Source of the DNA: a virus
Lineage: Duplodnaviria > Caudoviricetes
Length of the DNA stretch: 64,000 nt
IMG/VR virus record: IMGVR_UViG_3300048852_000007
Location: 11,893-75,892 of that record
Reading direction: 5' to 3' (one strand)
How positions within the stretch are numbered: position 1 is the stretch's first letter; the number at the start of each line of letters is the position of its first letter. The notes beneath the pieces are model-generated. The model saw only the letters and a program-made list of their open reading frames with translations, was not told the DNA's origin and did not search any database. Shown piece by piece: positions 1-10,587 of this stretch. The translations under genes were made by a program, and so were the position numbers.

Positions 1-3000
1 AGACTGTCCGGAAGTTTCTCGGTCAACCGCTCCATGTACTGATGCCAACGACCTTCCGAAAGTAGGATCTCGTCACGAGAGATGCCCACATCCGAGATCG
101 AGCTGAATTCACCAACCTCGATCAGCGGCCAGATCGACATACGCCGGTAGCTATCCTGGATCGACTGGATCTCAGCCTTGAGCTTACGGGACTGAACCAC
201 ATCCTGAGCTGCCTCAGCAGCCCGAAGATCCGCCTCAGCCTCGATCTCCCGCAGCCTGCTCTTGGTGTAGGCGTGGATCTCGGCAGTCTTCTTCGGCAGA
301 CCCCGAGCAATGTCCATCAGAGGCACCCCTCGGCTCATCATCTGATAGATGTTGGAGACGAAGTTCGCTGCTGGAACCACCATAGACTTCACCACAATGA
401 GCAGACGAGCATCCTTCACCACGTTCTGGATCGTCTTCTCGCTGTTCATCAGGTAGCGATACGCATCGTTGCCCATGACGCCAAGCGCAATGCGCTTCAC
501 CTGCTCCTGCTTGGCAGGAGTCCAATGGGAAATCCCCGTCCAGGCGTCACCTATCGAAGCATTCCGATAGCCCAGTGCATCGTTGAGCATATCTCGACGC
601 ACATAGAATGCCTCCCCCCCAAAGACTGACCGGGCATGGTCCCGCACTTCCTTCGACATCAGAGAGACCGCATCCCTGAGCACGGGATCCAGACGCTTGG
701 TGTCGAAGAGATCCACATACTGGGACTGGTTCCCCGAGCTGGCCTTCACGTCCTCTTGGTGCATGCTGTGGAGAGCGTCGATCAGCTTCTCATTGTAGAT
801 GCCCGCCTTGGCCTCTTCGACCTGGCGACCACGCCATACACCGATCATCTTGGCCAGGTGAGTATCCCGGTTCAGCCGATCGAGGTGAGCCGGATCCACA
901 CTCCGCTCAAAAGCCACCACCTCCCCAGTCTCGTTAAATACCGGCAGCAGATTTTCACGAGTACCGCCCTTCTCTTGATGCAACCTACGGTTGATTAGCG
1001 CAACCGAGGCCGGGTCCGCAATACGTCCAGCAACCAGCCCATCAGTAAAACCAGTGCTGGCTTCCACACCCGAAGCTGTGGCCCTGACATTCTGCATGAT
1101 GCCCTGGTTGAAGGGACTGCGAGCCGAGACAGGAGCGAAGTAGTAGCTCTGCTTATTCTTGGACCCCTCCGCAGCAGATCCACCGTAATCACCCACCCGG
1201 ACGTAGCTCTTCTCAACCAACTCTACGTAGCGGTCATCATCCGCCACGATCAGGCTTACCCCGTCCTGCTGGGTCGAAGGGATGTGCCCCTTGTAGTGGT
1301 TCAACCGAGCTCGCCCAGAAGCCGCCTTACGTTGCTCCTCGACTCGCTGGCCCACCAGGTAGGCCAAGGTGAACTCCATGCCCTGAGCCTCATCCTGGGC
1401 CAGGGAAGCCATGCTCTCCCGGTCCTGGGTGGAGAGGTTCTTCAGAGCATAGAGCGTCACCAGCTGATCCACGTCAGCGATGAAGTCCCGATCTGGACTG
1501 ACTCTGCCCTTCTGGGTCCGCTCCCCGAGGAGACGCGAGACAGCCTCGGCATTGCGCAGCAGGTTCGAGCCAGGCTCACCCGTGCCCATGTAGTGGGCCA
1601 GTTGCTTGGCCTTACGCTGGAGCAGGCTCCAATGCGCCTGGTCCTTGCCCGATAGCGTGCTCTCCAGGCTACGAATGCTCCGATCCAGCTGGGTCTCATC
1701 CTCCAGATGGGTGAGGATCTCGGCCGGGGTGAAGTGCCTGGCGAGAGCTGCCAGGTCCGTCTTGCCCATGCCTCGGAAGAGGGTGCTCCACTCAGCATCG
1801 GTCAGCTTGCGGGAGAACTTGCCAGCGATGATCGTCGGCAGGTGCTCACGGAACTGCTGCCGATCCTGCTGCACATCCGACCGGGTGCGCTTGATCAGGT
1901 CATAGACATTCATGTTCGAGCTGGTCCGGCCAATGAGATCAACCACCAGCTCCCGGATGGGCTGAAGCCCCTTCACATTGTTCATCATCGTCATGACGCC
2001 TTGGGCCACCTTCTCGGCCTGGTCCTCATTGACGATGGCAGCGGTGACCCGAGCCGAGGCAGCCAGCCCCTGGGTCAACTTGTTCTGGTGCTTGGCGTCC
2101 AGTCTCTCGGCTGCGCTCACACCCCTGGCGGCCAAGGCATTCAGACCATCGACGATGATCTGATTGGCTCGATCCACCAGCCCACCAACCGGGGATGCCA
2201 GCTGGTCGATGAGGGTTTGCCGCTCCTGGCTCACCTCCTGGATCCGACGGGAGAGGGCATCCACCGCCTCCTGCACATTGGCTGCCTTGTCGATGCCGGA
2301 GATCCTCTGGGAGAGCGACTCCAGGGCGATATTGCCGGCATTCTCCAGCACCCCGTCCAACGTGTTCCAGCCCTGGAGCACGGTCTTAGGCAGGGCGATC
2401 TTGGCCATGGCTGTCCGCATGGGATCGTTCACCATGGCCAGACCCAGGAACACCGGCAGCAGCGAGGAGCGACCAACCCCGTCCGTCTCGACGAGGAAGT
2501 TGCCCATCACCGTGTCGAACTTCTCCTGCGCCTGGTAGCGGTCAGCCGGATCCAGACTATCAGGATCCGCCATGAAGTCCTCGACCTTGAGGGTCTTGGT
2601 CACATGGGCATAAAGGCTTTGGGCCATCGCCATGGAGTTGGGGTCGATAGCTGCTTCGGTGGCCAGAGCTGCTGTTACCGCCTGGAAGGTGGTCAGCTCC
2701 TGCGGCGTCATGGCGAAGCCATGGGAGACCACCGAGTTGACCAGCCGGCTGGCACCGAGGATAGCCAGGTCCACCTTGCCCTGCCGGTCGATCCGATCGA
2801 CGGGGTTGGTGTTGAGGTAGTCCACCACCTGCTTGTCGAAGGTGGCGTTGATCTGGGCCAGGCGCTCACTGTCGCCATAGGCCGTGCTCATGAAGAGCGT
2901 GGCATCCCGCACCTGGCTCTGAAGTGAGGGCTGGCTGCGGACGATGATGCTGGTGTTGAACAGCAGGTTCGAGAGCATGTCGTCTTCAGGCTTCGAGACC

Positions 3001-6000
3001 TTGGCCCGACCGAAGACGAGACGCTTGATCGCCTGGAAGACATCCTTGGCAAGCTGAACCAAGGGGGAAGCCTTGGTCTTGCTCATGGTCTCGGCCAGGT
3101 CTTTGTTGGCCAGGCCCCAAGCCATGAACTCGTTCAGAGCCGCAGCAGGACGACCACCGATCTGGTGTCCATGAATGGCACTCTTAGCAAAAGCGTAGGC
3201 ATTGCTGTCGTCGTTCAGAGCCAGGAACTGATCCTGAAGCTGGAGCAAGCGACCAACCGCAAGCTCAGCTTCCTGGTCCTTCAAACGACCATCCAGCACA
3301 GCCTCCACCTTCTCGTAGGTGGCTGCATGGATCAGCTCATGGACCAAAGTCTCCCTGGAGGGGGAGATCAGGTAGATCGTGCTTTCCCCCGGCACAGTGA
3401 CACCCTTGGCGCCATGCACACGCATGGGAAGGGTTAGACCCTTCTCCTCTGCATAGTCAGACAGCTGCTCAACTGTGCCATAGATCACCCGGTAGTCCTT
3501 GGCAGCTCCAGTGCGATGGATCTGATCGAAGATCGTTTGCTGGGCAGGAGCTAGACCAAGCTTCTTGGCGATCTTGTTGATCGCCGTTGGGCTGAGGATC
3601 CGCACCTTCGACTTCGGATCCACCCGACCAAAGGTGAGCTTCTCCTTGGCCGGCTCAATGGCCGGCTTGGTTTTCACCGAAACCGGCTTCGTAGCTGGGG
3701 TTTCCGTCACTGGCTTGGGTTTGGTGGCCGGCTCTTTTACCGGCGCAGAAGCCTGTTCCCGTCGCTCTGGGTCGATGTTGCTGCGACCGGGCTTTTCACC
3801 CAGGTTCAACATCAGCTTGTCCAACTCTTCGAGGTAAAGCTTGTTCAGCTCCTCGCTGATTTCCTCCTCGTTGGTTCCCTGAAGCTCAATCCCCTTGTGC
3901 TCGTAGGGGGAGGAAGCCGCTGCCATCTGGTCGATGCTGTGAGACACCCGAGCAATCGCACTGTGACGGGCTTCAACCGAGATCCCTGCCCGGCGAAGTT
4001 CCTTATCCAGATCCTGGATAGCTGCGGCAACGGCACCGTAAGTGGGCTCCCGAATGCCCAAGGTCCGGCCAAGCTTATTCAACATCTCACCGGGGTAGTC
4101 AGCTGTCGGGAAGCTGGGAATGGACTCAGAGAAGGCGAGGGATACCGCCTGAATCGGGTTCCCCTGCCAGGCATCGAACACCGCCTGGTTCGCCTTACGG
4201 CTGGAGTCCTCCAGCTTATCGAGCGGGAAGTTCACACCGTCGAAGATCTTCAGCGAGCCAGTGGGAGCCCCCTTCATGGTGGCCAGGGTCTGCATCATCT
4301 GGCCGTCGCCAGTGCCAATGACCATCATCGGGATGCCTGCAACGCCAGCATCCGTAGGGCCATACACGAAACCGTTCGTACCGATGTGGCCAGTAAGAGA
4401 CTTGCTCCACTCGCTGGCATTCACGTCCGTGGACTGGGAACCAGCGATAAAGAAGCTCTGGCGTCCCGTCTCAACGAGGGGGAACCGCTTCAGCACGTCT
4501 GAGAGGATGTCATCCCGCTCCTGTCGGGAGAGGCCGTCAGCCTTAGCTCGGGGATCCTGAGCAACCTTCTCTGCGATCTTGGCCCGCACTGCCTCGTTGA
4601 AGGTGTGCTGCTGGAAGATCGACTGGATCTGGGTGGCCTGCTGCACCAGCTTGGCAGACTCCATCAGCGGCTGGCCAATGGTCTGGGTGATGGCTTCCCG
4701 CAGCGGCTTCACAAAGAGATGCTGCATATTGGTGCGGAGGTTCGTCAGACGAGCCTTGTCCACCGTGAAGGTCTTCGCATCGAAGCCTTTCATGGGCTCA
4801 ACATTCTCGCCCTGGCTCAACTCCAGCTTGCCCTTGCGACGGGCTACCACATTGGTGGTCAGCGCCTTGAACGCCTTGGAGAAGCGCACCAGCTTGGCCT
4901 CGGCCGAGGCCAGGTCCGTGGAGACACTGCCGAACATGGCTTCAGAGAAGGCCATCTTCGGATTCTCATCGAGCTTCGCCGCCACCTCGGACATGCGCTC
5001 ATAGAGCTGCTCGATCATCGCGCTGGTCACCTTGCCAGCGATACCCTTCTCACCTGAGCCATAGATGGTGATGGTCAGGGGGTTCTTGGCGATGCCCCGG
5101 TTCATGACCAGCTTGCCGTCCTGGATCTCGAAGTCCGGGAGGAAGAGATCCATGAGATCCTTCATCAGGTTCAGCTGTTCCTGAACCTGCGGGGAGTCGA
5201 TCTCAGCCGTCAGCTTGGCGAACTCATCAGCCAGGTTGTCGGTGGTGGTCTGGTACATATCCTTGGTATCGTAGCCGTCACCATGCTGTTCGTTCATGGT
5301 CCTCGGACCACGAAAGAACAGGCCACCCTTGGCCATACGATTCACCCATTCCTTGGTGAAGCGTCCGGAGGTCAGCAGCATCATGGCGTTGACCGGGCCA
5401 TTGGTCACACCATCGGCTTCGACGTAGATCGAGGTGGTGAAGCTGCTGCGGTCCTGGGTCTCCTGAAGCCGGGCGTATTCAGCCACGGCATGGAGTGCCA
5501 TCACCGTCAGATCGTTCTTAAGGCCCGACTTCATCACCTCAACCAGGCGAGGATCCACCTTGCCGGTGTTGTGGAAGTCCCGGAGCATCTCCACAGCCGG
5601 AGCCAGGGGACCAGAGAGAAGCTTGTCCAGATCCTTGCGAGCGGCATCGAGCTTCTTCTTGTGGACCTTCACGCCGAGAGCCTGTGCCAGACCGAGAGCA
5701 AACTTCCGGTAGTCCGTGCTGTTCTCGTTGCTCAGATCCAAGGTAGAGCGCGTGGGGAGAATAGCTTCACGCACCAGCTTGGTGCTCTGGGGGTTGTAGC
5801 GTCCCAGCATCTGGAGACGACCCACCCGGTTCACATTGTAGGCGTAGTGGATGGGGAGCTGATCCTGTTCCACGCCAGCCTTTTCAGCCGCATGGCCGAC
5901 CTCGGTCACAAGATTGGTCAGATGGTGGAAAGCCGCAGAGATCGTGCGGTTCTGTCCATCAAGCGACGCAGCATGGTTCTTGTTCAGCACTCGGCCTTCA

Positions 6001-9000
6001 AGATTCCCCGCACCGAAGAGACCCAGCAGGTTGTCCAGTCCCAGAGCTTCGTAGAGCTTGACCATGGGGACATTCAGATAGTGCGGAGTCTCCTGCTCCT
6101 TGCGGATCATCGCCTTCTGTTCAGGAGTGTTCCGCACAGCAGGGTTACGGAGCTGGGTTGCCGCAACCTTGGGCCGGGCATCACCGAAGTAAGTCACATC
6201 CTCTGGCTCAATCAGCACCATTTTCTCGATAGAGCTGGGAGACTTCAGGATCGGATCATCCTTCTCTCGCGCCTTGGCCTCATAGAAGTTGAGAGTCTTG
6301 GTCTCTCCCTGCGGCAGACCGTCCTCATCAGTGATCCTCACCGGAGAGAGGATCAGATCCCCGCTCTCCAGCAGAGCTTCCATCACCTCAGCAGCCATGG
6401 CTTCGGGGATACCCTCAGCATAGCCATCGGGTACATCGGCATTGGTCTCCAGACCCCAGAACTGAAGGATCTTGTCGGCCAGAGTCCGCTTCGCCGTGAC
6501 GGTGGGCAGACCCTTATTGGAGAGTTTCCCGATCAAGGTCTCCTCATCAATGATCTCATCCTCGGGGATGCCGGTCAGAGCTGAAGCCGCCTTCTTGTCG
6601 ATCTGGGATTCCCGCTGGTCAGCCGTCAGCAACCACTGAAGCCCGGCCAGGATCGCACCTTCCAGAAGTTCCTGGTTGTAGCGGAGCGTCTTGCCGTCTG
6701 GCTCAGTGATGTTCAGCGGCTTGCCATCAGCAAAGCTGTTGGCGGGCTGGCCTGACAGGAATCGCTCCAGCAGAGGCTTGCCTGCGTTGTCACCAGTCTT
6801 TGGGGTGTTCGCCAGATACCTCTGAAGGCGAGCATCCATGATTTTGGCCAGGGTCTTACCCTGACGCAGGTAGCCACGGTACGCCTTGGCGATGTCGGTG
6901 TCCTCAGCAGCATCGACCGCCTTGATCGCATCATCAAGCGGGGTGTCAGTACCGATGGTGTGGGTCTTGGCTTCTTTCGGGAGCTTGAACGCCCGCTTGA
7001 ACCAGTTGACCACCTTGCTCCCTGGCTCAGAACCAATGAGCTTCGGGTAGGCCGCATCCATGCCCTGGAGTGGGGCTTCGGGTTTGACAAACGACACCTG
7101 CTCGGGACGGAAGACAACAATCTCCTCGTACCGATGCTCAGGATCTGCAAACAGCAAGCCATCATAACCCCGAGCGACAAGATCATCCATCTCTGCCCTG
7201 GAGATAGAGGTGATGGTGATGCTGTCGTCGTCTTTAACCAGGTAGGGGTTGGTCAGGTTGACATAGAGCGGCACAATAGAGACACCGTTCTTCTCAGAGA
7301 TCTTGCTCTGGTACTCAGAGAGAGTCAGCTTCTCGGCGCCCTGAGGAATATCAGCCCCAGCCACGGCAGCGGCATAAGAGATATTGCGTGTGGTGTAGAA
7401 GCCAATCTTCTTGTTGTTTATGGCACCGACATTGCCTTTCAACCAAAAATTGGCTCCAGAGTTTTCCCGCTCCGTTTGAATGTTCTTCAAGTCCTCTGGA
7501 TTCTTGGTGGCGTGGTACACCTCACCTTGAATCACACTATCCTTGAAGGGGTTGTTCTGGTTACGAGGCTCGGCCTTGACCTTAGCCGGTTTAGCCTCGG
7601 CCGCAGCTTCCGTCGTTGCTTCCGCCGCCTGCGGCGTCGAAACCACCTCCGCTACCGCTGCGGCTTTGGGCTCTTCTTTCTTTGGTTCGGCCTTTGGCTT
7701 CGCCTCAGGCTTGTCTATCGCTTTTGCTTCTTTCTGAGAGGCAACAGGTTTTGTCTCTCCAGACCGCGAATCAACAGGCTTCGCTTCAGCCTTCGGCTTG
7801 GAGCCAGGACGAACACGCTCACCCTTCTGAAATGCCTGGACCACTTTGTAAGGGTTGCCCTGGAGATCCTGGTTCAGAGTGGGAACCTGGATCTGCTCCC
7901 CATTCAGCGCCGGGAAGGCAATACGCAAACCCTCGTAGATCTCGGCCAGGCGCTGAGCTTCCAGCTGCACACGCTGAGCCAACTCAACTGAGCCAGCATT
8001 GTGAGGATGTACAGCCAGGCCAGCCTTGTCCTGGTACCACTCCCGAGTCGTGGGGTTAAGCGCCTGGTAGGAAACATTCCTCCCACCACCCTGGGCGAAG
8101 TGCTGATTCAGTGCCCCGACCTTGTTCGCCATGTGCTGGACGAACTCGCCGAAGCCTTTGAGGTGGGACGCCGCCAGCTTGGTGTTACCTGCCCGCATGG
8201 CCTGGGCAATGCGGTTGTAGTGCGCTACCGCCGAGAGCTTCGGAGCATTGGGATCCGGGTCCACCTGGATCTGGTCCGACACATCGTTCAGGAGACGCTT
8301 GTGACCCAGCGCCTTCTGCTCATCGCTGGCTTTCTTGGCGGCTTCCAGGATGGCCTTGGACGCCATGAGCGCCGAGCGTTGCGAGTCGGTAAGCTGGATG
8401 CGACCCTGCTCAGCGTGCATCAGGACCATGTTGGTCGCTTCAAGGTTCCCCTTGTGCGGCGCAATCTGGGCGATACCGACGATGTTCTGAGCTTGCTGCT
8501 GTCCCTCCGGTGTTGCCAGGCTTTCCGGAGTGATCGGCTTGGCTTGGACCTGAGCCTGGACCTCGGCAATCTGCTCCTGCATCCGAGCCAGAGCACGTTG
8601 AATCGCCGGGTTCTGCTGAAGCTGAGGGATCAGTGCATTGAACTGCCCGATGATCCGACCGGCCGGATGCTCATCCGAGATGGCTTCCAGCGCCGCTTCG
8701 TCACTGAAAACGACATCCTCGTACTGACCCAGGAGTTCATAGAGGGTCACTGCGGCGGCAATGGCGTCCGGAGATTTGGGGTCAACCTTGTTGACCACCT
8801 GAGCCAGGCGCTGCAAGGCTTCGACACGGTGCGTGGAACCAGAGAGAGCCTGACGTACCTGCTCCGGAAGCTGAGTGTTCTCATACATCGCCGGATCGAA
8901 GCGGCTGACATTGAGGATCTTCTCGGCCAGAGCCGACACCGCAGGCTGAGCTTCCGGAGGCGCAGCTGCCACCGCCTCGGCAAGAGCGGCTTCGGTCTGG

Positions 9001-10445
9001 GGTGCATTGGCAGCAACCTCGGCACCGGCCCGCTGGATGACGCTATCGGCCACCGGAGAGGCAGCCTCATTCCTGGCACGGTTAGCTTCATGTCGTTGAG
9101 CCAGAGCACCCAGCACAGTCCGTCCAGTGGCTTCCACCGAACCAAGGGCAGCACGACCAACCGCACCAGGTGCCTGGATGGCACCAGCAGTGCCAAGCCC
9201 GAAGAGCGCACCCGTGCCAGCTTGCTCACCCACACCTTCCGAGATCGTGCGGGTCTCATCGGCAAATTGCTGGGTGGCCAGGTTCTGCGCCACCTGGCCA
9301 GTGGCACCCTGGATACCTTCTTCCACTGGTTCGGTGACCAGGTTCCGGGCAGCCGTCCGTAGATTGGGCACTCGAAGCGGTGCTGCCTCAAATCGAGACA
9401 CCAGACCACCGGCAGCCATGGCAGCAGGGGCAGTGATGCCGGCCGCCATCAGACCAGCTCGTCCTGCTGCTCGGGTTCGTGCCTCTTCAGGGCTCAGACC
9501 TTGTTCACGTAGCTCCCGGTAGTAGGGAGAGTTGGCTTCCAGCTGATCAAAACTCATCCCAGCGATCTCGGAAGCCGTCTGTTGGTAAGCACCACCGGCT
9601 TCCATACCGCCAATGGCCACAGACATCCCACTCGGAGCCCGGCTCAGTGCCGCAGAAGGCAGCGCAGCCCGACCGATAGCCGACAATCCTCGACCAATAG
9701 GTCCACCCGTCAGCAGAGAACCAACGCCCTGTGCCACACCGTCAGAGAGTGTGGTGGGATCAGCGATGGTATTGCCCACAGCGTCCAGAGCATCCCGGCC
9801 AAAGCGCCTCAGACCTGCGATGGTGCTGCCTTGGGTCCGGCTCTCTTCCTCGAAGCGAGCAGTGTTATCCCGGAAGTCCAGCTCGTTCTCGACACCAATG
9901 GCCCGACGGCGGTTCTGGAGAGTCGGGGACTGAGTACCCTGAACAAAGCGGGTGAAGCCCTGGAGACGGTTGGAGATTTCCACACCCAGTCGGTCGCTGA
10001 TGGCACCACCAGCCAGAGCAGCAATACCGCCGACCGAGTTGGCCACACCCAGGCCAACACCGGACACCAGATCCGAAGCAATCTCCTCATCGTTGCGGGT
10101 ACCCCGAGTGTCCGAGCGGAAGTCCCGGATACCCTGGAGCTGTTGGCGAATGAGTCGGTTGCCCTCGTCGTCGCCATACCTTTCCCGGATCTGGTTCGGG
10201 GTGAGGGTGGCCAGCTCCGTCTCAAGCGGACCCATGGAAGCCCGTCCAGCACCAGTGGCCCGACCAGCGGCAAAGCGATAGGCGTCGGCATTCGTGAGGT
10301 CAGGAGCCCCCATGGCTCCACGCTTGGCTTCAGTGGCAGCAGTCACTCGCTGCTGCACGGCGACAGGGACAGGGGGCGGAAGAGCAACCGACTCTACAGA
10401 GGGGGTCTGCACGGCAGACTCAAGCAGGTCGTTGATAATCGCCAT
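1..10445 (-). CDS. Virion-encapsidated RNA polymerase (N4 gp50-like), about 3480 aa in the window, 3' end outside it
   Basis: ATG at 10445 (MAIINDLLES). Frame checked at several points: motif A YVEADGVTNGP near 5400-5440, motif B RGIAKNPLTITIYGSG near 5050-5100, motif C TLKIFDG near 4230-4255, and still open at position 3. It is missing from the ORF track because it has no stop in the window. Confidence 0.97.
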   Translation of the reverse strand, partial: MAIINDLLESAVQTPSVESVALPPPVPVAVQQRVTAATEAKRGAMGAPDLTNADAYRFAAGRATGAGRASMGPLETELATLTPNQIRERYGDDEGNRLIRQQLQGIRDFRSDTRGTRNDEEIASDLVSGVGLGVANSVGGIAALAGGAISDRLGVEISNRLQGFTRFVQGTQSPTLQNRRRAIGVENELDFRDNTARFEEESRTQGSTIAGLRRFGRDALDAVGNTIADPTTLSDGVAQGVGSLLTGGPIGRGLSAIGRAALPSAALSRAPSGMSVAIGGMEAGGAYQQTASEIAGMSFDQLEANSPYYRELREQGLSPEEARTRAAGRAGLMAAGITAPAAMAAGGLVSRFEAAPLRVPNLRTAARNLVTEPVEEGIQGATGQVAQNLATQQFADETRTISEGVGEQAGTGALFGLGTAGAIQAPGAVGRAALGSVEATGRTVLGALAQRHEANRARNEAASPVADSVIQRAGAEVAANAPQTEAALAEAVAAAPPEAQPAVSALAEKILNVSRFDPAMYENTQLPEQVRQALSGSTHRVEALQRLAQVVNKVDPKSPDAIAAAVTLYELLGQYEDVVFSDEAALEAISDEHPAGRIIGQFNALIPQLQQNPAIQRALARMQEQIAEVQAQVQAKPITPESLATPEGQQQAQNIVGIAQIAPHKGNLEATNMVLMHAEQGRIQLTDSQRSALMASKAILEAAKKASDEQKALGHKRLLNDVSDQIQVDPDPNAPKLSAVAHYNRIAQAMRAGNTKLAASHLKGFGEFVQHMANKVGALNQHFAQGGGRNVSYQALNPTTREWYQDKAGLAVHPHNAGSVELAQRVQLEAQRLAEIYEGLRIAFPALNGEQIQVPTLNQDLQGNPYKVVQAFQKGERVRPGSKPKAEAKPVDSRSGETKPVASQKEAKAIDKPEAKPKAEPKKEEPKAAAVAEVVSTPQAAEATTEAAAEAKPAKVKAEPRNQNNPFKDSVIQGEVYHATKNPEDLKNIQTERENSGANFWLKGNVGAINNKKIGFYTTRNISYAAAVAGADIPQGAEKLTLSEYQSKISEKNGVSIVPLYVNLTNPYLVKDDDSITITSISRAEMDDLVARGYDGLLFADPEHRYEEIVVFRPEQVSFVKPEAPLQGMDAAYPKLIGSEPGSKVVNWFKRAFKLPKEAKTHTIGTDTPLDDAIKAVDAAEDTDIAKAYRGYLRQGKTLAKIMDARLQRYLANTPKTGDNAGKPLLERFLSGQPANSFADGKPLNITEPDGKTLRYNQELLEGAILAGLQWLLTADQRESQIDKKAASALTGIPEDEIIDEETLIGKLSNKGLPTVTAKRTLADKILQFWGLETNADVPDGYAEGIPEAMAAEVMEALLESGDLILSPVRITDEDGLPQGETKTLNFYEAKAREKDDPILKSPSSIEKMVLIEPEDVTYFGDARPKVAATQLRNPAVRNTPEQKAMIRKEQETPHYLNVPMVKLYEALGLDNLLGLFGAGNLEGRVLNKNHAASLDGQNRTISAAFHHLTNLVTEVGHAAEKAGVEQDQLPIHYAYNVNRVGRLQMLGRYNPQSTKLVREAILPTRSTLDLSNENSTDYRKFALGLAQALGVKVHKKKLDAARKDLDKLLSGPLAPAVEMLRDFHNTGKVDPRLVEVMKSGLKNDLTVMALHAVAEYARLQETQDRSSFTTSIYVEADGVTNGPVNAMMLLTSGRFTKEWVNRMAKGGLFFRGPRTMNEQHGDGYDTKDMYQTTTDNLADEFAKLTAEIDSPQVQEQLNLMKDLMDLFLPDFEIQDGKLVMNRGIAKNPLTITIYGSGEKGIAGKVTSAMIEQLYERMSEVAAKLDENPKMAFSEAMFGSVSTDLASAEAKLVRFSKAFKALTTNVVARRKGKLELSQGENVEPMKGFDAKTFTVDKARLTNLRTNMQHLFVKPLREAITQTIGQPLMESAKLVQQATQIQSIFQQHTFNEAVRAKIAEKVAQDPRAKADGLSRQERDDILSDVLKRFPLVETGRQSFFIAGSQSTDVNASEWSKSLTGHIGTNGFVYGPTDAGVAGIPMMVIGTGDGQMMQTLATMKGAPTGSLKIFDGVNFPLDKLEDSSRKANQAVFDAWQGNPIQAVSLAFSESIPSFPTADYPGEMLNKLGRTLGIREPTYGAVAAAIQDLDKELRRAGISVEARHSAIARVSHSIDQMAAASSPYEHKGIELQGTNEEEISEELNKLYLEELDKLMLNLGEKPGRSNIDPERREQASAPVKEPATKPKPVTETPATKPVSVKTKPAIEPAKEKLTFGRVDPKSKVRILSPTAINKIAKKLGLAPAQQTIFDQIHRTGAAKDYRVIYGTVEQLSDYAEEKGLTLPMRVHGAKGVTVPGESTIYLISPSRETLVHELIHAATYEKVEAVLDGRLKDQEAELAVGRLLQLQDQFLALNDDSNAYAFAKSAIHGHQIGGRPAAALNEFMAWGLANKDLAETMSKTKASPLVQLAKDVFQAIKRLVFGRAKVSKPEDDMLSNLLFNTSIIVRSQPSLQSQVRDATLFMSTAYGDSERLAQINATFDKQVVDYLNTNPVDRIDRQGKVDLAILGASRLVNSVVSHGFAMTPQELTTFQAVTAALATEAAIDPNSMAMAQSLYAHVTKTLKVEDFMADPDSLDPADRYQAQEKFDTVMGNFLVETDGVGRSSLLPVFLGLAMVNDPMRTAMAKIALPKTVLQGWNTLDGVLENAGNIALESLSQRISGIDKAANVQEAVDALSRRIQEVSQERQTLIDQLASPVGGLVDRANQIIVDGLNALAARGVSAAERLDAKHQNKLTQGLAASARVTAAIVNEDQAEKVAQGVMTMMNNVKGLQPIRELVVDLIGRTSSNMNVYDLIKRTRSDVQQDRQQFREHLPTIIAGKFSRKLTDAEWSTLFRGMGKTDLAALARHFTPAEILTHLEDETQLDRSIRSLESTLSGKDQAHWSLLQRKAKQLAHYMGTGEPGSNLLRNAEAVSRLLGERTQKGRVSPDRDFIADVDQLVTLYALKNLSTQDRESMASLAQDEAQGMEFTLAYLVGQRVEEQRKAASGRARLNHYKGHIPSTQQDGVSLIVADDDRYVELVEKSYVRVGDYGGSAAEGSKNKQSYYFAPVSARSPFNQGIMQNVRATASGVEASTGFTDGLVAGRIADPASVALINRRLHQEKGGTRENLLPVFNETGEVVAFERSVDPAHLDRLNRDTHLAKMIGVWRGRQVEEAKAGIYNEKLIDALHSMHQEDVKASSGNQSQYVDLFDTKRLDPVLRDAVSLMSKEVRDHARSVFGGEAFYVRRDMLNDALGYRNASIGDAWTGISHWTPAKQEQVKRIALGVMGNDAYRYLMNSEKTIQNVVKDARLLIVVKSMVVPAANFVSNIYQMMSRGVPLMDIARGLPKKTAEIHAYTKSRLREIEAEADLRAAEAAQDVVQSRKLKAEIQSIQDSYRRMSIWPLIEVGEFSSISDVGISRDEILLSEGRWHQYMERLTEKLPDS

Positions 10446-10511
10446 TTTTACCCTCTGAGTCTTTAAGCTGCCGATGGTACGTCAGCGTATAGTCTATCAA
10501 CTCGGGGGTAT

Positions 10512-10539
10512 AAATAGAAATCCCCGCCGAAGCGGGGAT
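10512..10539 (-). terminator. Intrinsic terminator upstream of the vRNAP gene
   Basis: Minus strand reads ATCCCCGC-TTCG-GCGGGGAT followed by TTCTATTT. Confidence 0.8.
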
Positions 10540-10587
10540 CTCCTACAATTCTACTCTAAAACTACCAGTCTGTTTCTGAAGAGTTAA

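Noticed and set aside
122-10466. Many long plus-strand ORFs (up to 453 aa) over the vRNAP gene, and similar ones over portal and capsid
   Set aside because: Antisense shadows of high-GC coding sequence, with no RBS or recognisable motifs.
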